Assembly: GCA_008369845.1 (NCBI GenBank)
Contig: MRSU01011496.1
Coordinates: 1-64,000 of the forward strand
Direction of reading: 5' to 3'
DNA: 64,000 bases
Source of the DNA: Trichomonas gallinae
Taxonomy: Eukaryota
In this document: piece after piece, positions 55,132 to 64,000 of the stretch
Position numbering within the stretch: the first letter of the stretch is position 1
How the letters are laid out: each line of letters starts with the position of its first letter
Translations under genes and position numbers: made by a program
The notes under the pieces: generated by a model
What the model was told of the DNA's origin: nothing
The model's input: the letters and a program-made list of their open reading frames with translations, nothing else
The model's database searches: none

Positions 55132-55435
55132 TGAGGATAACACAGAATACAAAGAGACTAATATATTATAGACGTCAAACGTAATAATATGACTATAAAC
55201 TTTGGGCATTATATCTATTAAATATGAAAATGTCAATCTTTTTGTTTTTTTCATGAGGATAACACAGATTACAAAGAGACTAATATATTATAGTTGTCAA
55301 ACATAATAATATGACTATAAGCTATGCATATTACATCTATTAATGAAGAAAATATCAATATTTTTGTTTAAATATGAGAGAATTAGATTTGTAATGCATG
55401 AATTTTGACATATCATATCTAAATATGACTAACTT
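55132..55435. repeat. ~122-bp tandem repeat (2 good units plus 1 decayed)
   Basis: TGAGGATAACACAGA-TACAAAGAGACTAATATATTATAG at 55132 and 55254, with a decayed copy at 55375. Confidence 0.85.
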
Positions 55436-55631
55436 AAATGCAAATAATATAGATAATATGTTATAAAAACAAAATTGAAAAAAATAAAGATTTTCCAATA
55501 TTTTTAATTATTTTGGTCATAGCGTCATGTGTGACTTTTATATCTCGAATATTTAAATCAATCTCGACAGCTTTGAATTAGTTAAATTTTTGACATTTTA
55601 TTAAAATTTTGTCAGATATCAAAAATTTATA

Positions 55632-56993
55632 ATGAATATAGATGAGGATCCAGCAATTTTACTGCAGCAACTAGGAACGAAGATCATCCAATTTCAGCAG
55701 GTTCCTACGCAGTTTCCTGTTTTGCTACAATCTTTTTCTGAAAAGCTTCTCAGAAGCTCATCAAAGAATGATCCAAATCCTGTCAAAATCACTGAGGATT
55801 ATCAAGGATCAGTATACATATTGTCAAAGCTAGCTATATCATCTCACGATGTAATACCACCAGAAGTGTTTTTCTTAATCTTTCGAACAATTGCAGCATT
55901 GAATTTGCATTTCTTCAGTGTTTCAAAGCATGAATTTAGCAAATTTGTTGCCGAGTTCCCAATTTCCTTTGTAGATCCGTTAATGGATTCACTTGTTTCA
56001 CATTTTTTCTCACTTCCAGATAATTCGAAAATTTCTATTGTATCTATGGCTGCACTTTTGTTATTCATATACTTCAGTGATAACCCAGATGACAATCCTT
56101 TTATAACAAAAATCAAAAAATATACAGAACCAAAATTCGATCAAATTTTCAATTCATTAACAATGCATTTAAATTCAACACCAGCGATTCTTCTGTTCTA
56201 TACATTCATTATACAAAATCATGAGTTTAAAAACTTCGTTTTATCAAAATCTGATGTTAATTGGATTTTCAACTTGCTCCCTTCCGTACATAAACAGAAA
56301 GATCCTGCATTAGAACTCAAATTAAATCTATTGCTAATATTTACTAAGGATTCTTCCTTCTTATTTTCAATTTCATCTCAAAAATCTGCCGTCCCAAAGA
56401 TGCTACGCGAATTATTCACATTTGTTAGACATTTTCTCAAAGAAGAACAACATCATCCATCAATTACTTCTGCTTTATCGATTAGCATTAATTTATCAAG
56501 AAAACTTTCAGATTTCGATTCGGATACAGGCGAACTCTTAATAGGTTTGATCAGAGTTCTTCAGGTTTCGAAGATTGGACACAGAGCTGTAGAATATCTT
56601 AAATTAATAACGATGTTCCTTGAAAGTGTTCTTGTTCATCGTCTTAGCAACAATGTTGAACTCTTATACGCAGTTATGCGTTCTTCTGATGTTGTTAAGA
56701 AACTTTCCTTCATTAAAGATAATTGCGATGATCCTGAGGATGTTCAGAGAATGATTACGAATATTGAAATCATTATAAACCATTTCAATCAGAAAGTAGT
56801 CGAAATGGGCGACAAAGTTAATGATTACGATCATATGCTAAATTATTTGACCCAATTTGTCAATGAATGGCAGCCAACACAATTAATTGTAAGAGACCTT
56901 CCGCCTGTCTTTGATTATCTTTCCAATGATACAAAAACATCCTTGAAATACTTCAGAGTTATTTTGTTGAACGATTTTAATGGTATACTTTAA
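55632..56993 (+). CDS. DYM: Dymeclin-family protein
   Basis: LLFYTFIIQNHEFKNFVLSKSD, LLIFTKDSSF, ESVLVHRLSNNVELLYAVMR and C-terminal PPVFDY..KYF. Confidence 0.7.
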   Translation: MNIDEDPAILLQQLGTKIIQFQQVPTQFPVLLQSFSEKLLRSSSKNDPNPVKITEDYQGSVYILSKLAISSHDVIPPEVFFLIFRTIAALNLHFFSVSKHEFSKFVAEFPISFVDPLMDSLVSHFFSLPDNSKISIVSMAALLLFIYFSDNPDDNPFITKIKKYTEPKFDQIFNSLTMHLNSTPAILLFYTFIIQNHEFKNFVLSKSDVNWIFNLLPSVHKQKDPALELKLNLLLIFTKDSSFLFSISSQKSAVPKMLRELFTFVRHFLKEEQHHPSITSALSISINLSRKLSDFDSDTGELLIGLIRVLQVSKIGHRAVEYLKLITMFLESVLVHRLSNNVELLYAVMRSSDVVKKLSFIKDNCDDPEDVQRMITNIEIIINHFNQKVVEMGDKVNDYDHMLNYLTQFVNEWQPTQLIVRDLPPVFDYLSNDTKTSLKYFRVILLNDFNGIL

Positions 56994-57577
56994 TTATATT
57001 GTGTATATAGTAAAATATTGTATTTGTTGCGTGGATATTAAACTATTTTCAGATTATCAATTTCTATTTCGCTAATAATACGCATTAATTACATTATATG
57101 GTTTCCTGAAATGAGTAGATAACAATAAAAGCAGGAAATTTCATAAGTTGATGAACAATAAATTTCAAAATTCTTTGGATGATTATGCAATGTGTTAAAC
57201 TATTACAATATATTCTAATTAAACAGAAAATTCGATATGTAATACAAAAATTTATGATTTTCTCTTATTATTACCAAGATATCGAATTTTTGCAATAAAT
57301 TCCTGTTTTTCTTTGAACAATCTCTTTAATATAAACTTGTATATCTAGACTATAAACATTTAGCAAAGTTTTTGTCAAATTGCTATTTATCTAATTCGAT
57401 ATATTATTACTTTATGAATTTCGTGATATTATCGATATATTCGTATGATATTCAAGCTTCTCGTTTTCCTATGATGGTTGATGATATGCAATTTAATATT
57501 CCGCCATGTAAATTATTTATATGACAAAATACTAATAAAAAAGGGGGATAATAGAAAATAACAGGGGTGATTTTATA

Positions 57578-58339
57578 ATGATTTTTTTTGTTTTATGTTT
57601 AGAACAAGTTTTGTTACAGGATGTTCCTTCAGAAACCAATGCAACCATTGATTTCTACTTCAGCAATATTACAAATACCCTTAAAACAGACATAATACCG
57701 TTAGATCTCAAACTCAACAATTCAAAAATTCTGTTAATTAGCGATTTTCACCTGGGAAAGAAAGGAAATATCGAACAGGATATAAAATATATGTTAGAAG
57801 AAATGAAAAGACTTTTTGTTATTGAAAAACCGGATTATATCTTTATTCTTGGAGATATGATAGATGGTGTGTGCCCAACACCTGCATATTCATATTATTC
57901 ATTAGTTAAGAATCTACAATACATGTATAAATATTTTAATATTATTGGTGGAAATCACGACAGACATCTTGCTGAAGCTATTAAAGCAAACGCAAACTTT
58001 TCTAAGTTTATTAATATTATCACAGATCCATACATTATCTTACCAACAAAACCAAAAATATATTTGGCGCACGATTTGCTTCATAATCTTCGTGTTCGTG
58101 ACTCTGTTGTATATAATTATGTTGATCACTTAAGATCTCTCATTAAGCAGATTGAGCCTGATGATTACTTCTTGATTGGACACGCACACACTCAAATTTC
58201 AACACACAATGACAAAACGTTCTGTATTGGTCAGTTTTCAACAATATTCAATAAAACGGAATACACAACAATAATAACGCGGAATAACAAACCTTTTATC
58301 TCTTTGAATAAATTACCAAACAAAAATGAAGAACTCTGA
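57578..58339 (+). CDS. Calcineurin-like metallophosphoesterase with signal-like N-terminus
   Basis: ISDFHLG, LGDMIDG, GNHD, LAH and GHAH metal motifs. Confidence 0.88.
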   Translation: MIFFVLCLEQVLLQDVPSETNATIDFYFSNITNTLKTDIIPLDLKLNNSKILLISDFHLGKKGNIEQDIKYMLEEMKRLFVIEKPDYIFILGDMIDGVCPTPAYSYYSLVKNLQYMYKYFNIIGGNHDRHLAEAIKANANFSKFINIITDPYIILPTKPKIYLAHDLLHNLRVRDSVVYNYVDHLRSLIKQIEPDDYFLIGHAHTQISTHNDKTFCIGQFSTIFNKTEYTTIITRNNKPFISLNKLPNKNEEL

Positions 58340-58735
58340 TGTAAATTATTAAAATAGAACATGGAAAAATATCCAATCCAAAGATTATTTGGGAAAATGA
58401 AGTGTTTTTCGAAATAATATTCTTAAATATTATCAAAATCTACATTGAAATGGCTATATAGAGCCAGTTTTCTCCGGTATAAAATCAAACAATTTTATTT
58501 GCAATAAAAGTAATTCAAATCGAATGAAATATTAAATTTTTGCTAAATTGTTTAGCAAACATGGATTCACACATAAAAAACACTTTACAACATCGTATTC
58601 AAATGTTTTTGTTTTCCGTTTACAACATATTAATGACTACAGCACAAAATAAACACTTTTTTTTGATATTTCAAAAATATAATTCAAATATAATAAATTA
58701 TAACAATTTAAGTTACGTATGAAGATGTACAACAA

Positions 58736-59980
58736 TTATAGGTCTGTGAGAGCTTGGAGTCTTGTTCTCATTGTCGGTGGTGACGAGTAAAGTGATGCAA
58801 TTTCGGTAAGAAGATACTGCATATGAGTCTGACCATTTTTAGATTGCTCACGGACTCGGCCTGAGATTTTCTTCTTTTGTTTCTTAACAAAATGATAAAA
58901 TTCATCTCTCTTCTTCGAATTGCGAACCATGAGGTTATATTCGTGCGTATCTGTTCTTAACACGAATGCCTTATCCGCGTAATCGTTGAAAATTGTTGCC
59001 TGGATTCTGCATTGTTGGATTGGAATTGCATCAACGAACTGGATCTTTTGAGACCCGAAGATACCAGCCTTTCCTTGGATAGTAAGGAGTAGTATATCAT
59101 TAAAAACGTAGACGAGGCCTTCGCTGGCAACTTTGCCTGTAGTTTGGTCAAGATGCTTAATTGTGACTTGGCCAAGGAGCTTCCTACCAGGCTTCATGAT
59201 TGCCAAGAATGTTGGCTTTTTGAGAACAGTTTCTGAAATGTTAAGTAATGCTTCTTGGTCTTTTTCGTCGACTTTCGCTTGATTCATCGAAGCGCCGAGC
59301 GCAACGATCTTGTCTAAGATATCCTTATAAAGATGATGAAGATCAGCCATTGTATCTGGGAAGTATTTCAAAATGCGCTCAAATAAGCAGCGGTAGCCAG
59401 CAATTCTTTGAACTGGAAGGATGAGGAAGTCCTCAAGCGATCTGCACTTTGAGCGCGGATTGAAGATGCATTTAGCTACAAACTCGCGGAAAGGTTTATA
59501 TTTATTGCATTTATCGATAATTGACTCGGATTGGTCGTGAGTTTGAAGATATGACATGTAAAGAGTGTTCATACGTGGACAAATTTCTAAAATTTTGCTT
59601 GCTAAGTATTCATATTTTTCTTTCGGCGGGAATGGCTTCTTTAAGTCAGGAAGTACTTCATCCATGGCTTTAAGCCAGCCCTCTTGATGAACCTCGCGAA
59701 TCTGATCAATATTTCCGAACAACGAAGCCAATGAACCGGCATCGATGAGCGGCTTTTTTTTATTGATAGATTGATTTAATGGTCTGTAGTATACATCATC
59801 GAGTGCGCTAAGTCCTTCAACGAAATTGCGTTCAGTTTGAATTAACTCCAAAAAAATTGATCTTCGTTTTGAGTCTTTAACTTCTCTGTGCGCGTTGATG
59901 ACGGGCATTATAGCCGTCCTAATGATTTTGTAGGCACGGGCTTCAGACATAAAAGGATTTAGTGGGCGAACACGCGTCAT
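58736..59980 (-). CDS. RhoGEF (DH-PH) protein
   Basis: IFLELIQTERNFV, LFGNIDQI, LEDFLILPVQRIAGY..LF and PH-like LVYVFNDILLLT. ATG at 59980 follows Inr TCACT (~60005-60009). Confidence 0.92.
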   Translation of the reverse strand: MTRVRPLNPFMSEARAYKIIRTAIMPVINAHREVKDSKRRSIFLELIQTERNFVEGLSALDDVYYRPLNQSINKKKPLIDAGSLASLFGNIDQIREVHQEGWLKAMDEVLPDLKKPFPPKEKYEYLASKILEICPRMNTLYMSYLQTHDQSESIIDKCNKYKPFREFVAKCIFNPRSKCRSLEDFLILPVQRIAGYRCLFERILKYFPDTMADLHHLYKDILDKIVALGASMNQAKVDEKDQEALLNISETVLKKPTFLAIMKPGRKLLGQVTIKHLDQTTGKVASEGLVYVFNDILLLTIQGKAGIFGSQKIQFVDAIPIQQCRIQATIFNDYADKAFVLRTDTHEYNLMVRNSKKRDEFYHFVKKQKKKISGRVREQSKNGQTHMQYLLTEIASLYSSPPTMRTRLQALTDL

Positions 59981-60109
59981 CGAAAAAAAAATAAATAAAT
60001 CTAAAAGTGACGATTTTCCTAATTTTGGTTCTAAAAATAGTTTTAGAGGCCATTTATTATTATTCACTAAAAAACTTGAAAAATCGGATAGAAAATTGTT
60101 TTAAAAGAG

Positions 60110-60665
60110 TTTTTCAAGTGTAATGATATGCTTTATACAGTATTTCTATGGTCACTAGGTGTTCTATAGAACATATTGGAAACAGTATATTGATTATATC
60201 TTTTATATTTTAAATTTTCTGTTAATTTTTTGTTTTTCAAGTGTAATGATATGCTTTAAAGAGCATTATTAAGACTATTAGATCATATGTAACATATATG
60301 AAATAGTTTATAGATTACAGCTTCTATGAATTTCATTTTCTGCAAATCTTTTTGTTTTTCAAGTGTAATTATATACTTTAAACAGAATTTCTGGGATTTT
60401 ATAGCCTTTATAATATGCTTGAAATAGTTTAATGACTATAGCATTTATATATTTTTTTTTTCTCTAAATATTTTGTTTTTCAAGTGTAATTATATGTTTT
60501 AAACAGTATTTTTGTGGATATTTGATCCAATATTGCATATTTGAAATAGCTTATTGATCATAGCTTAATTTTCGGTAATTTCTTCAAGTGTAATGATATG
60601 TTTTGAACAGTAGTTTTGGTGTTAATAGATCATATGTAACATATTTGAAATATTCAATAATATAG
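60110..60665. repeat. ~122-bp degenerate tandem repeat, about 5 units
   Basis: CAAGTGTAATKATAT starts at 60115, 60238, 60360, 60481 and 60585. Confidence 0.9.
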
Positions 60666-60688
60666 TATTTTATAAAAACACAAACAAA

Positions 60689-62086
60689 TTATATATTCGA
60701 TAAGAAATTCTTGAGAACTTCATATGGAACTTTGCATTTTTCAACAAGTTTTGGTGGAATATTGTTAATTGTTTGATATTCCATTACAAAATGAAGTGGA
60801 GCATCAATTAATTGAACGTTTGAGAAAATAAAGAGAATTTTCCACATGAATGGTATGCATTCACGAACATCCTTATGATCAATTGATTTCTTGAGTAATT
60901 TAGCAAGAACACCTGAGAGAATTAGGTCAATCAAATAATACTGATTAGCAATATCATTTGGAACTGTATGATACATAGCAGTATAAAGAGTATCAACGGC
61001 GACATCGCAGATACTTTTATCGAACTGAAAGATATCAATCGGATTTTTGAAATTATTGCATTTCGCGAGTTTCTTTGGAATTCCTAAATCTTTGAGTGTT
61101 ATATTGCGCAAAGATACAAGATATTGGTTCAATTTGTCATTTGTATGAGTTTTGTAAAAATCTTCAAAAATATGAAGCTTGTTGAACCAATATCGTGATG
61201 ATAGCTCTTTAATTAGATGCTTAAATTCATCACTATTGAGTTTTGTGATCTCGCACATTCCAATAACGGAATATTCTATTAATTTATCGATTGGATCAGT
61301 TTTTGCGCGTTTTTTCAATTCAAATCTACTATTAAGTAGTGTAATAAACGTTCCGAAATATTCTGTCTCAGGCAAATAATTCGTTAAAGGATCTCGATAA
61401 AATTGATTTGCCATTATCTGAGTTTTGATGAAATTAAGTCTTTCAGATGGCTGCAAAGCAAGCTTAGGCGTGTAAACTTGCATCACTTTTACATCGGATA
61501 AAAAGACTTCAAGAGCTTTGATTTTTAGAAGATCTTCAATCATATAATTCGAGTTAGCTTGAACTAATGAGTGTATTCTTGATCTGTTAAAGACCATTGA
61601 ACGCGGATATTTCTTGAGATAATTTGCTAATTCGATTAGTTTCATTATCTTTGCCCTAGATTGCAAGTACTTGCATATTATATGCTCATAGTAACGTTTT
61701 TCTAGTTTTGTTTTCTTTTGGAATAAAATTACTTGATATCTCCACGCATCACCGTTAACAGCGACGTATTTTCTTGTTTTTGCAGTCAAATTTCTCTGAA
61801 AACATTGACTGAGCTCAGTTTGCGCCTTTGTTAGCTTTGCATTTATTTCCTCAAGAACTTTATTGCATAATGTAAGTGTGCTGTTGTAATTAGATACAAA
61901 TTTTTTGTATGCAAATACAGGATCTTCATATGAGGGCCAATTTATTTTAATTGTGTAAAATTCCATATCTTGAAATTGATATTTTTTCGGGATTTCAGAT
62001 GATAAATTCACCTGCTGCTCATCATAGAGCTCCTCTGGATTCTCATCTTCCTGGTGCAAAGCTGCTGGATCCTCAGCAGAATCCAT
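60689..62086 (-). CDS. Hypothetical protein
   Basis: 465-codon ATG ORF with no motif recognised. Confidence 0.75.
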   Translation of the reverse strand: MDSAEDPAALHQEDENPEELYDEQQVNLSSEIPKKYQFQDMEFYTIKINWPSYEDPVFAYKKFVSNYNSTLTLCNKVLEEINAKLTKAQTELSQCFQRNLTAKTRKYVAVNGDAWRYQVILFQKKTKLEKRYYEHIICKYLQSRAKIMKLIELANYLKKYPRSMVFNRSRIHSLVQANSNYMIEDLLKIKALEVFLSDVKVMQVYTPKLALQPSERLNFIKTQIMANQFYRDPLTNYLPETEYFGTFITLLNSRFELKKRAKTDPIDKLIEYSVIGMCEITKLNSDEFKHLIKELSSRYWFNKLHIFEDFYKTHTNDKLNQYLVSLRNITLKDLGIPKKLAKCNNFKNPIDIFQFDKSICDVAVDTLYTAMYHTVPNDIANQYYLIDLILSGVLAKLLKKSIDHKDVRECIPFMWKILFIFSNVQLIDAPLHFVMEYQTINNIPPKLVEKCKVPYEVLKNFLSNI

Positions 62087-62586
62087 TCCCAGTCTGTCAA
62101 AAATGCGTCAAATTTCAAAAAAATTACGGGGGTGAAAATTCCACAAAATCATAAGTTTTCATATGATGATTATTTTCATTTTAAATTTGCATTAGATTTG
62201 AATCCAAAATAATCGTTCGTCGATACCTTTGTTACGTGCATAAGAGCAATTAATTTTCTAATAGAATACTACTATTAACTAAACTATGCGGCAGATCTAA
62301 AACAATTGTTTATTTTTGAATCAGAATACAATCGGCTTCCTAAAATCTCTAATTTCGCATGCAATCCAACATTATTCCAAACTGCATTTTCATTAGTGTA
62401 TGATTACTATTATCGTTATATCCTAGAAACATAAATAACCAATTTGCATTTCAATATATTTTTCATATAATCAAGAATATCATATTGTTTATATGGTAAA
62501 AAGTGAATATATGTGTATTGTGATTCTGATCTTAATTTACATATATCCAGAATTCTTTATTTTTTCATCAAGTATTAAACCATATT

Positions 62587-62750
62587 GATATCATTGCAAT
62601 AGAAAAAGATTTAAGCCAATAATACCTTTGTTATGGAAAAGATTTATACTGATAAAGTATTTGTTATAACAAAATAATTAAGCTAATGATATCTTTGTTA
62701 TAGTAAAAGAATTAAACTGATGATAGTAATTAGCAAAAGAATTAAGTTGA
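62587..62750. repeat. ~34-bp minisatellite, about 5 units
   Basis: GATATCTTTGTTATAGTAAAAGAATTAAACTGAT-like units in tandem; a solo partial copy lies near 62222. Confidence 0.75.
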
Positions 62751-62775
62751 GTATAATAGTGAAATAAAAAAGATT

Positions 62776-64000
62776 TTAGATGCCTTCCTTTGTCTTAGGC
62801 TTTGAATCAGATCTGGAGTAAATGTCGTTGAGGACGGCGTTCTTGAATGGAATTGGGCTGATTGTTCTGTCTGCGGCAGAGCTGAGGAGTTCCTCAATCA
62901 TTGTGTTGAAGAGAGCTGGGTTCTCGATCTTGTCGTGTAATGTCATGTAGATGAAATAAGCATCAACCTGCATCTGGTTGAATCCAGCGCACGAAAAAGT
63001 AGCCTTCCTGATGTACTCGAGCATTGTCTTGAGCCCGTACATGGCAATAGCCGTAATGACGGACTTCGACTCGAATGATGGGGCTTGGTTGAGATGCAAG
63101 TGATTCAATGTAGTGAACAATCTATCGATTTGAATCATTCCGTCATCTCTCAAACCGTGGAAAAGTGGCATCTGATTTGCCGGGCCAGATTGTGTCGAGA
63201 ATGTTGACAATGTTGTGCGGCTGAAAGCTGAAGAGTGGCTCGATGCGACAGATCCCTCCTTGACCTTCTGCAGGATCTTGTCCAACTGAGCCCAGATCTG
63301 GCTGACCTCCTGCATGACTAAGTTTGATGTGATCGAGACATCATGTGGAGTTTTGGCCTCGAGCCAGTCCATAGCTGTCATGCCTTGCGCGATGAGCTCG
63401 GAGAGCATGCGACGCTTCATGTCTATGAAGCGCTTGAGGCACCTTCCAGCGCACTCGTGGCCTGACGTCGAAAGCATCGTCTGCATGTTGAGGAGTGGGG
63501 ACTCTCTATCGAAGCGGGCAGCAACATCGAAGGCTGTTGTGATGGTTTTCTCGCCAAATTGATGGGCAACGCCGAATGTAAGAAGAGAAAATCTTGCATC
63601 AACTTTATCGAACTCATCGAAGAAGGCTTGGAACATCTTAGCTGTTTCCTGGATGATGTGATCTTTTGCTTCGGCATTGGTTCTGGCCAAAGCTTCGAAT
63701 TCGCTCATGAGAGAATTGTATGATTTTGTGAATGAAGCGATAATCTCCTTGAAAACAGCATCAAGCTCAGAGGAAGCATCTGTTTTTGTGATCTTTGATA
63801 TTGTTTCCTTGATAATGTTGCCGAATCTGTTTTTAACATATTTCTGGAGAAGATTGGAAAGATATGCTTCGAGTTGGTGTGGAATGGCAATCTTGCCAAT
63901 GCCAGCGCCGATTTTCGTGATGAACTTAGAGAAATCTTCACAGGATAAAGTATTAAGTAAATTCTCGTTAATTGCTTTTGTAATCTTACCAAACAACTCC
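62776..64000 (-). CDS. VPS51: GARP/EARP subunit VPS51 (Ang2), 5' end outside window
   Basis: IDRLF..GLKTMLEYIRKATFSCAGFNQMQVDAYFI..IEELLSSAADR..PIP matches the VPS51 C-terminus. Confidence 0.82.
   Translation of the reverse strand, partial: ELFGKITKAINENLLNTLSCEDFSKFITKIGAGIGKIAIPHQLEAYLSNLLQKYVKNRFGNIIKETISKITKTDASSELDAVFKEIIASFTKSYNSLMSEFEALARTNAEAKDHIIQETAKMFQAFFDEFDKVDARFSLLTFGVAHQFGEKTITTAFDVAARFDRESPLLNMQTMLSTSGHECAGRCLKRFIDMKRRMLSELIAQGMTAMDWLEAKTPHDVSITSNLVMQEVSQIWAQLDKILQKVKEGSVASSHSSAFSRTTLSTFSTQSGPANQMPLFHGLRDDGMIQIDRLFTTLNHLHLNQAPSFESKSVITAIAMYGLKTMLEYIRKATFSCAGFNQMQVDAYFIYMTLHDKIENPALFNTMIEELLSSAADRTISPIPFKNAVLNDIYSRSDSKPKTKEGI

Noticed and set aside
60110..60665. CRISPR-like repeat-spacer appearance; TCAAGTGTA also matches U2 snRNA
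   Set aside because: Inter-core segments are homologous to each other, there are no cas genes and the context is eukaryotic. The U2 match is only 9 nt with no flanking U2 sequence.
365..63992. Many short antisense or alternate-frame ORFs in the track (e.g. 2364-2933, 20398-20937, 26244-26705, 26275-26691)
   Set aside because: They are shadows of codon-biased or repetitive CDSs, or of AT-rich repeats. They lack motifs and many have non-ATG starts.
1..64000. Spliceosomal introns explaining missing ATGs
   Set aside because: I saw no trichomonad ACTAACACACAG-type branch/3' splice motif near the affected starts. This was a manual scan, so very short introns could be missed.

Overview
This is eukaryotic, gene-dense DNA with AT-rich spacers and apparently intronless genes. 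It looks like a trichomonad (Trichomonas vaginalis-like): TCA(Y)W initiators sit just before ATGs, M3-type promoter motifs are present, and Myb and ankyrin families are expanded. The organism call is inference. About 28 intact or near-intact CDSs include a PMCA-type P2B ATPase, NAA15, a short RIC1-like protein, four R2R3 Mybs, a Gly-rich protein, a Pol5/MYBBP1A-like protein, DNAI2 with a long charged tail, C2-ankyrin and ankyrin proteins, CLASP, a cathepsin B-like protease, a Rab, VPS36, dymeclin, a metallophosphoesterase, a DH-PH RhoGEF and partial VPS51. Several pseudogenes are also present. I found no rRNA, tRNA, CRISPR array or intact transposase. The most notable unexplained signals are: (1) a 12-bp promoter motif TTGNCRYGTAAA in two arrays (one helically phased) and singly upstream of several genes; (2) a TATA-hairpin-T5 small-RNA candidate at 16.85-16.93 kb; (3) 60-bp inverted repeats bracketing the RIC1-like gene; (4) long ORFs lacking an ATG; (5) a TAATG-coupled uORF on NAA15; (6) related ~122-bp intergenic tandem arrays. 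All product calls come from motif recognition by eye, not database searches.
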